DNA from: Penicillus capitatus
Lineage: Eukaryota; Plantae; Chlorophyta
Direction: 5' to 3'
Assembly (NCBI GenBank): GCA_965649825.1
Contig: OZ287695.1
Location: forward strand, 1,407,081 to 1,471,080
Length of the DNA stretch: 64,000 nt
Shown here one piece after another: positions 25,106-38,793 of the stretch. How positions within the stretch are numbered: the first letter of the stretch is position 1; every line of letters starts with the position of its first letter. Position numbers and translations under genes: made by a program. Under the pieces are notes generated by a model. It saw only the letters and a list, made by a program, of their open reading frames with translations, had not been told where the DNA came from and did not search any database.

Positions 25106-26050
25106 CTATCCTCCCATGAGCCGAGCAATTCCGATACCGGCTGCGACAAACGTACCCAGAATCGCCACGACGTATTTGATCTGCAAACAGGAGAAAGATG
25201 GCACTCAGACGACGGTTAGTTGCCTATTAACGGCAGACCGTCTCGTTTTTGGTCTGTTCGATGGCTGCCTTCAAGGCATTGATCTCCTAAACCATCAGCC
25301 TTTCATAAGAAAAGCCACCTGTGGTGAATACCCACTCTATCCATCTTCAGTTCCAAATCTACTGCCTTGTCTCGTAACGTCTGCAGTTCGTCTCTCATGC
25401 GCCTGCAATCATACTGCCATCACGGCATCGTATCATGCGCTGTATGTACCCCTTCTCTAGATTCAGGTCCAGCCTCTGACTGGCAGTGAGCTTGTCTATA
25501 TCGTGTCTACAGCCGATCAGATCTCAGCGTGAATGGGAAGCCGGTTCCGTCTGCACTCTACTTGACATCCGTTCGCATCTTTTCTAGACTTCCTTGAAGG
25601 CGTTCTGTGTCCTTAGTCACGGCACTGAGATGCATGTCCTGTGCCTTCTGCAATTCGCTCTTGAATGCCAGGATCCGTGCTTCTTGCTCCATAAGTGACT
25701 TGTCAAGGGAGTCTTTGAGAACAAACTTCTCAGACATCTTCTCCCGGGTGGATTCCACGAGTTCTGTCATTTGAGATGTGAGCTGCTCCGATTGCTTTCG
25801 CGTAAATCCAATGCGCTCCAAATTCTTCATCTAACATGGCATCAACACCATGAACGGGATCTAGAGCCGCTACAGGATATGGTCCTTTTCTTGAGGGACC
25901 TACAAGGGAGAGGGTATCGACAAATAGCGCTTTGATAGCAGGAGCCAATGTCTTTGAATCCGAAGACGCTGATCGCGTCATCATGCATACACTGTGGAAT
26001 CGCACGGCGCGCAGTGGCCGAAGGTGCATCCCACTGCCGACAATGATCAT
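25106..26050 (-). CDS. DUF1640 / MCUR1-CCDC90-like mitochondrial coiled-coil protein, spliced
   Basis: FVDTLSLVKNLERIGFTRKQSE, DIDKLTASQRLDLNLEKGRMRDE, C-terminal TM IKYVVAILGTFVAAGIGIARLMGG*. Confidence 0.9.
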
Positions 26051-27119
26051 CGCTGTCTTCTAATCACATGGTTTCGATTGTGATGTGACAGCGGGTTCGA
26101 TGGCTGTGCTAAGAGTTGACCGTCCTCTGCACAAAACTTTCTGCGACGCGTGATGATAATCTCTGATAAGACACGACGTTGTATGACAGCGACAGGCATC
26201 ATACACGGCGAGATAAGACATTGCAAAGCATCGTCGTTATGTGTCGATCGGTTATGCATTCACTTTGCGGTGCAATGGTGTGTGTGCTTGTAAATCTAAT
26301 CGACTGTTCTCTTGCAATTGATCACAGTGCCTGGCTAGCATGATATCGGGAAATATGCAGCAGGGTGCTTTGATATTGATCTCATTTATACGTCCCCGGA
26401 TCTATATTCTGTTTTCACTGCCAGCTATTCCCTTCTTCGGTGTCCCACGAGACATAAAACTTGTCATTCAAGGCCGATGACTTTATATACACGCATGGGC
26501 GTAGCCGACATCCCATCGCTCGATTTGGCATCGCGCAGGTCCAGACCAAATAGGAATGGAAAGTAACATTTGTTGAACTGAGCGTTATACATGGTTGCTA
26601 TGAATGAACATAATGTACGACGCGTTCCTTTATCGATTCTGCAAGATAAATCTGATACTTTGAAAGAATTTCTGACTCCTTCTATTTGTCAAAACATTTC
26701 CAGGTAACTGACCAGGAAACAGAATTGGAGATGAATCTTGCGCCGTCTCAACAGTGCCACTCCAAGATCAAAAACGCCGACAGTTATCGCATACAGATTC
26801 TACCTAGAGTCCGATCCATCCATCACTTCATGTTCCCAACCCCCATCACATCGATCCTTCACTCCACAGATCACTGTACTTAATATCCATTCCATTCTTC
26901 CTCATACGTTCTGTCTACAGATAAGGGATGATCATCTCCGAGCTAAGGGCTGGAAATTGCATCTCTCCGTCTGACATGACTTCACATATCCCTGACCTAG
27001 ATGGATGTGTGCTGCCACACTCAACGATCGTGATGGCACTTAATGGTCTCCGATACGGATCATCTTGACATTTCCGTATTGGCATTTTGTCGAAGATCAG
27101 TTCGAAGCGCGACGGGATC

Positions 27120-27933
27120 ATGGTGTTCGCTTTAGGAAATCGTTCTTACTTGCTGCGACGTACATTCGTCCCCCGTTGCCGAGTGCACCATCGCCCACGA
27201 CACCTCTTCGCCACACACAAACCCGTCGTCGCTCTCTTCTCTGTCGTCGTCCCCCGACGACGCCACTTCGCTCTCGGCGTTCTCCGCGCCGCGGAACAAG
27301 ATGCAGAAGGAAGCTTTTCGGGCGAGTGGCCAATGAACTGGAGTCTCGCTAGTTACGAAGTGCGCACCGTCGCGTCAAAGCTCTCATCCATGACTTCGGT
27401 CTAGGATCTCTCCGACTACTACGGCGGCAAATTGCTAAAGGAAGAAGTACGCCACGACGTTCTCACCCCACGTGGACATCTTTTCGCCGCCCATAGGGAA
27501 TGGGAGGTTATCATTTGAGTGACATCATGTCAAAGGATGTGATTCTGACGTCTCCCACAACAACGCGTCAGGAGCTGATCACGCTCTTTGAAGAACATAC
27601 GGGATTGCCTGTCGTGGATCGCGAGGGACGTCTGATGGGTGTGGTGTCTAGAAGCGATCTGAAGAGAGAAGGAGTGAGAGTGTGGATGTCCTGAATGGGC
27701 TAAAATGTGTGATGTCTGTTTAGGACGTCGTCAAAGAATTGATGTCGACGCCTCCCATCGCAGCAAAGCCGACAGCCCGTGTGGCCGATGCAGCATGTCT
27801 GATGCTGAAGCACAAAGTTCACAGAATTCCAATCGTGGGCCCAGATGCCAAAGTTCTGGGATTTGTCACAAGAACTGATATTTTTGAAGCTCTCGAGGCC
27901 GAGACGGAAATCTCCGAAGGCCTTCCAAAATGA
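27120..27933 (+). CDS. Plastid-targeted CBS-pair protein (CBSX-like), spliced
   Basis: Transit peptide, GEWPMNWSLASYE, then two CBS repeats (TGLPVVDREGRLMGVVSRSDL; HRIPIVGPDAKVLGFVTRTDIF). Confidence 0.85.
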
Positions 27934-28285
27934 GCAGTCCCTTCTCTGATTGTGAGAGCGGTTATACTGTGCATGCTATGGATGCTGCGATTTTGACGGT
28001 CTCTTTGAAATGACGGCGGTATTAGAAGGTCACTCTTTTGCTCTCACTTTCAGCAGAACAGCAATGGCAGATCAGATTTGGCATTTTAACAAATCCAACT
28101 AACGATCGATCGATGGACAATGTCTACGTTTGGTGAAAGAAGGCTCTTTAGCGTCGTCCCGTCTCCTCCGCGTCGGAAACCGTTCCATGACTCATGCGCA
28201 GGTAAAGGTCACATCTTTCAAAGCATGTCGCCATTCTTCACTATACGATTCACTATAAATTGCTTTTTGCGTTTGCCCCGTAACA

Positions 28286-30017
28286 ATGCCGTCAAGTGCC
28301 GGAAAGACCGTTTTGGCCAAATTGAACGAACAGGTTAAAGAAGTGGAGCCCGTTGGCTCCATTTCCTTCGACAGATACCTTCTCTCTGGACAACTGCTCC
28401 TAAATCAGGTCCTACTCACTTTTTACGTGACAGTGACCTTATCGAGTCCTTGCCAGGCTAACATGTATCGCCGAGCAGGAGATGTGTCTTCTGTCTATAT
28501 CTTTCTGTTTCGTTTTGCAAAGTAAACACCTTATGTCCGGCGCTGATGTGTGACAGTCTGCACGGATAGTTTGCTGATGTACACTCTCCCACGACATCCT
28601 TCCTACGTAGACACGGCACCAAAGTATGTCTACTACAAAAAGGTAACCTGCACGATTATGGTATTGCTGGAACGAGGAGTGAGAAGATGGACGTGTCTGC
28701 TGACAGAAATTGGGCACTGAGTGTATTCCGGAGTTGGAAAGGATCAAAAGAAAGATCTTGGCGATGAAGACGGACATCGCTCTCGCTTATGACAACGTAT
28801 CGATGAAGCCGAAACAGACAGGACTGTCAACAGCAGCGCCTCAATTGAATTGGCAAGCAGCTGGAGCTCCCACACGGGATCCACTACCTCCACGACCGAC
28901 AGACACATTGCCCGTCGAATTGACCACACAGATGACGCCACCGTCGTGCGCTGTCTCCGTTGTTTGGGAAAGACGGAGTGTGTGTTGTTAGACCTTCGAT
29001 GCCAGAGGGACCGCCTATCTTTTCAACTAAGTACACGGCATCGGCGGCGGCGGCTCGTGAGAGACACAGTCTGTTTGGAAGTGTGACTTCGAGTGTCACA
29101 CCGACGGCAACGCCATCTGTCCAACCGACCAAACTCTACCCGCCTTCCATCGATCCTCTGCCTCCAAATCTTATGGACATGCCACTCATTGAGGATATAC
29201 CGAAAGAAATCCCCCTTGGTCCGCAGGAAGTGGAGGTGGAGTGATCGATTTTGTCCGTCGTGTGTCTATCGGCTTCCAACATTGTAGGTGCAACGTGTGA
29301 AGCCGTCTATTCGCAAGCCTGGTGCCCCTCTGGAGACATGCAGTTGTACGCCTCCTCCTCTCTCAGATTCTGCCATCGATCAACTCGCAACACCTGCTCA
29401 GGAAGTTCGGAAAACAGGGTTCCGTAACGTGCACGTTTCGATCGAAATGATGGAGGCTTTTCTGCGCGTGGCGAAGAGAAACACAATGAACGAAATCGAA
29501 ACGTGTGCCATCTTAGCAGGTCTCTCTCCATCTTACCCACCCAAGACATGCATTCATACCTTTGCTTGCCTTAGGCGAAGTGAGAGCCGATTTGAACGTG
29601 CTCGAGGTGAACCATCTCTTGATCCCTCAGCAGAAGGGCACGAGAGATCAGGTTGAAATGATCAACGAGGAGATGCTGTTGGGAGAGGTTCTCAGTAATG
29701 GTCTCATGGTGTTGGGATGGATTCACACACATCCCGTCTTTGAATGCTTTCTCTCCTCCATCGACGTCCACACGACTCTTCCTTATCAGCTCTTGCTGGA
29801 AGAAGCCATCGCCATAGTCATGGCACCGACAGATCGAAAGAGAAAGTGTGGCGTGTTTCGCCTGACCACTCCTGGAGGAATGGAACTCATTCGGGATTGT
29901 CCGAAGAGGGGATTTCATCAACATGGACGCACCCGTACTGGACAACCGATCTACGAAATCGTATCCCATGTCTTTTACGATCCGAAACTCAAGGTCACTG
30001 TCAAGGATTTGAGATAA
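28286..30017 (+). CDS. AMSH: AMSH/STAMBP-like JAMM deubiquitinase, spliced
   Basis: N-terminal MIT-like region; ETCAILAG; GWIHTHPVFECFLSSIDVHT (JAMM); EAIAIVMAP; C KRGFHQH-type zinc motif (RDCPKRGFHQH). Confidence 0.93.
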
Positions 30018-30027
30018 GGACATCTGT

Positions 30028-30045
30028 TTACAACGTCCCATGTAA
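30028..30045. promoter_or_regulatory. Crossed TGTAA signals in the 34-bp AMSH/RED spacer (- at 30028-30032, + at 30041-30045)
   Basis: Both motifs are read directly between the two stop codons. Confidence 0.6.
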
Positions 30046-30051
30046 TACCCT

Positions 30052-31768
30052 TTACGTCTCGTCCACCAAACGAATACGTTTCCTGTTCTTTGGAGTGGGA
30101 AGCGTGGTTGCCGATGATGTATCGGGTTTCGGTGTATCGGAGGTCTTCTTGTCAGAGCGGAATGCTGCATCGTGCGAACGGCCATGATCTTTGAAAAGTT
30201 TCTCGATCTTGTTAAGCTGTGTGTCCAGTTTCTGCTCTCTTCTGTGTTTCTCGACCAATTTCGAATGCGTCTTGCGTCCATCTGTCATCTTGATGCCGTA
30301 TTGGAAAGCTGCCTTTGGCAACTGTTCCATGTTCTGCTTGTATTTTGACCATTCCTCATCTGTCTCGAAGCTATAGCGCGAGACTCCTTTGTTACGGGCA
30401 TCCATATGACTGAAATCCTCATCATCACTGTCCACCACAGCTCCGGCATAGGACTGGTGAAAACCGGGATAACACTCGGCGTAATGATCAGGAAGCGAAG
30501 ACGGATCGATCTCTTTTCCTGTTCTTCTATCCATCTTCAGCATCTCGTGATCATCCAATTCCTTTTCGGCGCCGCCACTCTCCTGTATATATGCATCACA
30601 CATATCACACATAGATTTCGAGCATTGAATGGCCATACCTGAGTCTTTGGCGGTCGAGGAATCGATGTGCTTTCTTCTGTTGGCTTTTTCTTTTTTCGTG
30701 TCATATCGCACTTATAATCTGTTCCTACATCCGTGAAGATATCGTCTTCTGGATCGGCTACTGGCAGTTCCGTCTTCTTTAGAGTAGAGGGCAGTACGGG
30801 GATATCTGTTTCTTTCTTCTCAGGATGCAGTGGACCAATCAGGCTCTCCAGCATCTCTTGCTTTTCTTTCTTTCGCGTTTTCTTTTCTGAGGGAGAGAGT
30901 CGAATATAAGAGATGATCTTCGCAAGCATGTCAACCACGCTTGCATCCATATCTGCCCTGACTCTCTCCCCGCCGTGTTCGCACTCTGCTTTCGGTCTTC
31001 TCACCACAGTGGGGCGGTAATCAAACGCCTGGCCATCATCCAAACTGTAGAGAAAAGCCATTCTGCCAGGCTGGAAGAATTCTCGGGCGTCCACTTTGGT
31101 CGGCTTAAACAGAGCACTGTACACTGCCCGTCCCATCGGCGATGCAAAACTCACACCTTTCTGCAAGAAAGCATTGCCATCGTGCCGCAACACAGAGATC
31201 TACTTTCAGTTTCTTCTGCTTTTCTTGACGTTGTTGCTCTTTCTTGACATTTTCTGATTCGGTCTTCTGAAGCCGAGCCCTCTCCTTCTTTAACAGCGCA
31301 TAGTCTAGTCCCTTCACCAAGTGGGTATGCTCCAAATCACCGCCCAGAAATTTCGACTGTTCAATCGAGATCCCGGTCGATGGCATCCATCCCGTTCCGT
31401 CCACTGTTAGCGCCCCATCCCCACTCGTTCCTTTCCCTTCCCTTCGCTCACGCGCACGGTCTCTGCAACAGATACACATTCACTATCATCATAATCAGTC
31501 CGCTAGTGTTCAACCTGTAGAGTGGTCTGTCCGTGTCTTCTTCTTCGGTAACAGACTCGACAGCTGAGTGCGCCTTTAGCAGGTCTGGGCTCGCATCTCC
31601 TTCCTCTTCTTTTACTGGAGCTGGTTTGGATTTCTTTGAAGTAGTTGGTCCTTTGGGCTGTCGCCGTTCACCGAATGTTGCTTTTCTCTTCTGCAACGGT
31701 GTTTCGAGAAGCTGGCGAAACTGTTCGTTGGATAGAGGCTCTTGAGAATCCCAAAGATCTTCCGCCAT
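30052..31768 (-). CDS. IK: Spliceosomal protein RED/IK (SMU-2 homolog), spliced
   Basis: LSNEQFRQLLETP, SKFLGGDLEHTHLVKGLDYALL, YAECYPG, YSFETDEEWSKYK, PKAAFQYGIKMTDGRKT. Confidence 0.92.
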
Positions 31769-31854
31769 AGTTCTTTGTTTCTCGAGCGATAGTCAGTCGT
31801 ACATATATTCAGGCCGACGGCAACCGTATCTCTTCTGTCTACGCCACTGTTTCC

Positions 31855-32447
31855 ATGGCAGACTCCGAACGGATGACGGTGGAAGGGGTGGAGCCAGTCG
31901 AATTTGCCGTAGAGAAAGAGAAGGCACTTTTCGTCGCGCAGCCATTGGTGACGGAGAAGCTCTACAAGAAGCTCGAAAAGATCATGAAAGCAGCCATCCA
32001 GATCCATGCGTGTTCACGGGGCGTCAAAGAAGTGACCAAGACGCTCAGAAAGAAGCAGAAAGGGTGCGATGCTTTTGGGGAGAGATCGTTGTCCACGAAG
32101 CAATCAATGATGCAGGTTCTGTTTGATCGCGGGAGACTGCACACCGATCGATGTGATTGCGCATTTGCCCGTTTACTGCGAAGACCGATCGATTCCTTAT
32201 GCCTTCATTCCCACACGCCGCGTGCGTCTCCAAAAGGGTGAGAATCACACTTTATCTAAATGACGTTCTTCGTGTTCAGTTATTGGGTGCATCGATTGAA
32301 AGTCTGAGAGGCACGAGCTGCATCATGATCCACCCCACGACGCGCAAGAAGAAAGACCTTGCGGCTAAAGACGTCACATCATACGAGGCTTTGTACAAGA
32401 AGGCGCTCAAGAAGATGAAAGCATTGCAGTCTGTGCCTTCATCTTGA
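31855..32447 (+). CDS. NHP2: L7Ae-family protein, NHP2-like (H/ACA snoRNP), divergent, spliced
   Basis: VAQPLVTEKLYKKL, RGVKEVTKTLRK, IAGDCTPIDVIAHLPVYCEDRSIPY. Confidence 0.75.
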
Positions 32448-32532
32448 CGTCGTACGGTTAAGCGTCGTACATGTTCGTTCTCTTGTCTCTGCTCGTCGTT
32501 CTGGTTTCATCATTGCGTCGCGCTTTTTCGCA

Positions 32533-35500
32533 ATGGAGCTCCAGGAGCTATGCGCCGCTCTTCGGGCGACCGTCAGCGCGAATCGAGATGAGATGAAACA
32601 CGCCGAGGCCGTTTTGAAACAGGTATCCTTCCTCTTCGCCGCGATCTCCTCGACGCGTGTCCAAACGCAGCACGAGACGGTCACGGGTCACGCGTCGAAT
32701 CTTTTTCTCATTGTCGTGGAAGAGAGCGTCGAGGGCCAGGTTCGCCTCTCTGCCGCCATCTCACTGAAGCGTATCGTCGAGCGAGCCTGGGACCCGGAAG
32801 AAGGTCAGGCCATACGCACGCTCAGTAACGATTCATAATGAAGTCGTAGATATGCCAAAGCTCTCGGAGCAAGATAAGACGCAGATTCGTGCAAACATCA
32901 TCGAAGCCGTCGTCAGGTAGAGATGCTCGAGAATCTCGCAGCAAAGTGGTGCGTCTACAGGAGCGTGGATCCGATTCAATCGCAACTCATCGAGGTGTTG
33001 AAGGCAGTCGTCTACGCCGATTTCCCGGAATCGTGGCCAGAGCTGAACAACGCCGTCGTACAGAGTCTCCATACTCAGGCATCGCCCTGTTCCACTACCG
33101 ACCTACCATTCATGTGCGCGTGATCCAGGATGAACGTCAAGTCCTGGGCGCATTGTTAGCATTGCGATGTATTGCAAGAAAATTTGAATTCAAAACGGTA
33201 AGCAACAGGGCGACAGGGAGTGTGCCGGTATATACAGAGTTGTTATGGAACAGGACGCGAAACAAGAGCTCTTCGATGAGCTCATGAAAGCAACCCTTCC
33301 CAAAGTGCTTGAGATTCTGCGCGACTGTGCCGTGAGTGAAGAGCCGAAGGAGGTCTATGCAGAAGTGCTCAAAGCGATTTGCAAGTTCTTCTGGTCTGTT
33401 ACCTTCACCAAAATGCCGCATGGACTGGAAGAACCTTCCACTTTCAAACACCTGATGGACTCCCTGCTCATTCTCATCAAGAAGGAACTGCCCTGGGTCA
33501 TTCATGCTCTTGACGCTCCATGTGATGTGACATGCAATGGGGCTGTAGAATCTGATGCCGGCATCAAGGGATGAGCAAGATGGATGGATTTGGTGGAAGA
33601 GCAAGAAATGGGTACTGCATCTGACGACACGGTTCTTTAAGAACTATGGATCGGTCGAGCGGACGAAAGATGGAGAGAAGTTGTTTGCCGAAATGTTCAC
33701 CGTAAGAGGCAACGGATATATGAATCTCACCAAAGGGCGATGTCGTTGTAGGCAAATCTATCCATTCCAATGCTGGAAGCACACATTCAATTCCTGGATC
33801 GCATTGCACAGTTGCCCTTTAGCCACGACCGCGTCTATGCGCAACTGGTGAACTATATGGAACACGCGACGAACATTCCGCAGACGTACAAGATTCTGAA
33901 GCCGCATTTGAAACCTATGCTCATCAATATTGTCTTTCCTCTGCTCTGTTTCAACGATTCCGATGCACAACTGATGACAGAGGATCCAGAGGAGTATGTT
34001 CGAAAGGTACTGTTCTGTAGAGTGATAGATCGAGATGTTCGTCACATGTGTGCGCTGCTATTTTAGAGCCACGATTTTATTGAAGATGTTTTCGGCGTCA
34101 AAGCAGCCGCAGGGAATTTTACTCTGAATCTCTGCCGTACGCGCAAGAAACTGGTTCTCGAAGACTTTACGAATCATCTCTTGACAATCATGCGTCAGTA
34201 CACCGAAGCTCGAAAGAATGGCAATGAGCCGATCGAGATGGCTAGACTCATGGACGGCGCTCTGACCGCTTTTGGAACCCTCGAATCTGTATTGGTCAAG
34301 AAGGCAAGGTACGCGCTCAGCTATACTGACGACGAAGGGTGATGAAATGCAGAGGAAGTATAAGGGAGTCGTGGAAGACCTCTTGCAGCAATGTGTCCTG
34401 CCGTGTTTTCAGAGTCAATTCGGACATCTCCGTTCACGCGCCTGTTGGGTAGCGGGTCGTTTCAGCTCGACGAAATTCAAGGACGGTCGTGGATCGGGCG
34501 CAACATTCAGGTCTCTTCTGGAGGTTGTCGTGTTGTCGATGAAGGACACCGAAGTACAGAGATCTCTCACATCTCACTCATAAATCGACCCTCTGCCTGT
34601 CTAGCTTCCCGTTCGAGTGGATGCCGTCATCGCTCTGAAGTTCTTTGTCGACGCGATGGACACGCTAGACGACTTCAAATTCATTCTGAAGGATCTTCTG
34701 AACGTTTTCTTCAGTCTGATGAACGAGGTCTGTATCGATGCATTCACCACGAGCGTGATGGTGACGTTTGTGTGTAGATTGAGAATGAGGATATTGTTTT
34801 CACTTTGGAGTCTATTGTCGACAAACTCGGCGAAGACATTGCTCCTTTCGCAGAAGATCTAGGGTTCAATCTTGCAGCTGCCTTCAAGAAGTGTATCGGA
34901 ACAGGTGTCGACGAAGAGGAGGATTTTGAGTCGCTCTGCGCTTATGGATGCATTCGAGCGATGAATACTTTGATCGAAAGCGTCCGGAAATCGCCTCCGC
35001 TTTACCGGACGCTGGAGGAGACCTTCTATCCTGTCATTGACACGATTCTGGCAAAAGAGAACGTGGAATTGATTGATGACATTCTGGATATGATCTCCTG
35101 CTTCACATACTTTAGCACGGAGATCTCTCCCAGGATGTGGGCACTCATGCCTCGCCTGCATGCAGCATACATGACATGGGCCTTTGATTACTTTGAATGC
35201 TTGGCTGTGTGCTTTGGGACATACATTGTCAAGGGCAGAGAAGTCTTTCTGCAGAATAAACAACCGGATTATATGTCTCTTTTCAATCAGGTGCTGGAGA
35301 ATGCAATGACTGGCGATTATCAGGAGGTTGATTTTCATCCCGCCCTGAAACTGATGGAGACAGCTATGCAGCATTTGAAGAGAGATATTGATGCCTTTGT
35401 CGGTCCGTATCTGCATCTCACTCTGCAAAAATGGAGAACAGCAGAACGCAGTGACACTCGCGTGCTGTTGGTCAATGTGGTTGCCAATGCTCTGTGGTAC

Positions 35501-36196
35501 AATCCAGTGATAGCTGTGGCATTCCTGCGGCAGCAGGGGGCACTGATGGAGGTCTTCTCCAAGTGGTTTGAGATGATCTATACCGACAAAGAGAACGGAA
35601 GAATGAAGTATTTTCTGAAACACAGCGACAAGAAGATCGGAATCCTGGGCCTTATCTCTCTCCTCGCTGTCCCAGACGATCAATTTCCTAACGAACTGCA
35701 AGCAGGACAGATTCTGGGCGGCGTGATGAAACTCCTGGCAGCCATTCGGCGTCAAGAGGAGGAAATGCGAGAGACTTCCGAAGATGAAGATTATGATCCA
35801 GATGAAGATTCAGAAGGCGAATTGGGAGACGCGGATGAAGAGGAGGACGACGACGAGTCGGCCGTCGAATCGAGCTCCGGCTCAGCATACAATAAACTGC
35901 TCGAAAAAGAGACAAGAAAATTGCTGCTGGGCTATCAAGGATCGGATTCTGATGACTACTGCGAAACAGACATGTCGTCGGATGATGAAGATGCACCCAT
36001 CTATACAGTGGATCCCTATGTGACGTTTTCGGAGATGCTGGAGTACTTGGAGACAACACACGGTAATCGATTGCAGGAAATGGTGGCTGGAATGAATGAG
36101 AGCGATCGCCAGGCCTTGCATCAGATGATGGATTATGGACGACAGAAGAAAGCGGAAGCGGAGAACGGAATCACACAACACTTGAATGGAAACTGA
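32533..36196 (+). CDS. SAD2: Importin-7/8 family karyopherin (SAD2-like), spliced
   Basis: IBN_N VRLSAAISLK, ESWPEL, GALLALRCIARKFEFK, WWKSKKW, LLCFNDSDAQLMTEDPEEYVRK, HLRSRACW, acidic C-terminal tract. Confidence 0.93.
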
Positions 36197-36431
36197 AAAA
36201 GTGTGATGAGCAAACGACGCGGCCCATAAATTTAAGAAGTACGAAAGCACGTAGGACTGGCGGCATTTCTCATCGCGACATCTCGATCTCTTGTCCTCTT
36301 GCGACGCAGAATGCACTCTCTTACAGCGCATCACGGATGGCACTGTAGGACGTCTGTCGAATGTAGAGGTCCATCCAATCGACGCCCTATCGTCATCGCC
36401 GTTGAATGAGCATGGCGAACGAACGCACTCA

Positions 36432-38764
36432 ATGTCTGTCAACGCGACGAGTCTTGCTCAGGACCCACGTTTCGAAGCATTTCGTGTCGATGATTTCGAC
36501 GCTGCGAAGTTCACCAGTCGTGCCCTGTCCGGTGCCGTCTCTTCAGCCCAGACAACGGCACAACAGCTGCGCGAACATATCCAGTTACTCGAAGGGGGCG
36601 TTCGAGAAGAGGTCGTTGAGAAGCAGACGGAACTGAAGCGTGTCGTCACGCACTTGGCCGAAATGGAGACCTCCTGTTTCGCCGTCGATCGAGCCGTCCA
36701 GCAGCTCGGGATGTCTGTCGAGGAACTTCAGTCCTCTCTTCGCGCTCCATGTCAACGCCTGCGTCTGCGCACGACGCAGCTGAAGAATCTGCGCTCGACG
36801 ATCGCGACGCTTCGAATCGTATCGCGTCGATTGAAGCTCATGAAAAAGCTAAAGAAGCGCATTGGCGATGCCGATGTCGAACTGGAAGGCGTCGATCTAC
36901 CAGACGTCGCACGTATCATTACAGACCTCCGCGAATCGAGTCCTTATCGATCACATCATCACTCTTATCCCAAGATTTCGCTGTAGATGAAGAGATGGTC
37001 ACATCAAATGTTGATGCATTGAAAGACGACGACGCATATGTGATGTTAATGACCGAAAGAGTGCGTCACAGTGCAGAGATGAAATTACTGAAGGGACAGG
37101 AATCGTTGAACCAGGCAGACATGGGTCACGCTCTGCACGTGTACTTCAATTTGACGGAACTGCCCTCGGCAGTGGATATGCTTGTCGGCAAGAGAACGGC
37201 AAAGCTCAATCACAAGGCCAAAATGACATTCGATTTTCACAGACTATCATCAGGAAATCGCATCTCTGGACAGAGCTCTCTCCAAGAGAGTGTCTGGTCG
37301 AGTTTGAAAACCTTAATTGCCGAGATGGAAGAAGGCATGATGGCGATCTATCACCTGCAACAGGTTTTGGCAAAGAAACACGATCCGGTGACACATGTGA
37401 TGTTTCTGAGTGTGGTGCCTCATGGAGACGCCTTGGTTGATCGTTTTTGGTCTCACGCTGTCGGCATCTTCGAACGGAGTCTCACACATGCCGTCCAGCC
37501 TGGGAAATCCACTCCCATACGCGAAGTCCTGGTTCAAGGGTACCCAGAACTCTGTTCCAGTGTCGAAGCATCTTTGGATCGCCTCTCGAAGCGAACTGCC
37601 GAGAAGGGCAAGCCTTCATCCATAGGGGTCCAGCATCTAGAGCAGCTGCTAGGAAGCTGTCTCACTCTTCAGAATGTCTTCGTCACGCGGTCGCTGACCC
37701 ACATGACAGACACCATCAACGGCGTCTTTCCTCCGGGATCTCGTTCTGTTCCGCCATCGACTGAGATTCAGAAAGTCATCATTGCATTCCACGAAGAGAT
37801 GAAACAAGCAGAGAACAGTGTCCAGACCTGTCGATTAGTCGCCAACAATGTTGCCAATGCTGTCCTTTCCATTTCGGAAAAGACACAGATGCTCTCCGCC
37901 ACAGGTCCTGAGCTTCGCACCATCTCTGGTTCCTGCAATGCTGCTCAGCTGCGCAACATCAGTCTCTGTTCCAGTTTACAGGATATTCACAAGGCACTGG
38001 TCACACGCATCACAAAGCTGGATCAGAAAGGCATCGAGTTTCTCATTCCTGCGTGCGAGACGCTGAGGACGGCTGCACTGGAACGGATAACACCTATCTT
38101 CAAAGCAATGATGGAAGCCCTCGAGCAGCATCTCCTGTCGATGCACAGCCTCTCCGTTTGGTCGAAGGACACAGGAGATGTCACACCTTCTGGCTACTTG
38201 CAAGAACTGAGGCATCAGCTTCGCGCTTTCAGTATGGAATTCCTGGCTCGATTTGCGCCGCCCTTCTCACCGACGACACCTTCGTTCGTTCGTTCCTTAG
38301 TAAAACGTATGGGCTGTCGACTGATTCTCTTCTTTATCCGACATGCAGCACTTCTGCGTCCCTTGTCTGCCCACGGCCGCCAGCAACTTGTTGTGGATGC
38401 CATAGAGCTGGAGAACGTTATCACTCAGACACTGATCTCTGTCTCCACTCTCACACATCACTCTTCTGCCTTACAGTCTTTCAAAGAGCTGGTGCAAATC
38501 AGTCCAGCAGAGATTCGACATCGTCCAAACGTGATGGAACTGCCCAGAAGTGTCATCCTACACCATCTCTTTTCTCATGCTTCTGCACACTTGAAGCTTC
38601 CGCATGAACGGAGTGGCTTGACCCCTTCTCAGTTTTCTTACTGGCTGGACAGTCACACAGTTGACGAGGCCATTCAAGGTGTCCAGTCCATCTTGGACGT
38701 CACCTCTGTCACATCGGATGATGTGAGCATATGTTCGGTACTCACAGATCTATGTAAGCCATGA
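36432..38764 (+). CDS. COG5: Conserved oligomeric Golgi complex subunit 5
   Basis: DPRFEAFRVDDFDAAKFTSRAL, LRLRTTQLKNL, ESLNQADMGHALHVYFNL, KKHDPVTHVMF, QGYPEL, FFIRHAALLRPLS, ILHHLFS, PSQFSYWLD. One 47-nt intron. Confidence 0.92.
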
Positions 38765-38793
38765 CCTGTCACATCATTTGCAGTAGCGCCGTC

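Noticed and set aside
25035-25560. Plus-strand ORF 25035-25460
   Set aside because: It is the antisense shadow of the 3' exons of the DUF1640 gene.
34859-36442. Long minus-strand ORFs (298 aa and 186 aa), and similar shadows elsewhere (14093-14641, 47975-48610)
   Set aside because: They lie antisense to well-supported genes and show no recognisable features.
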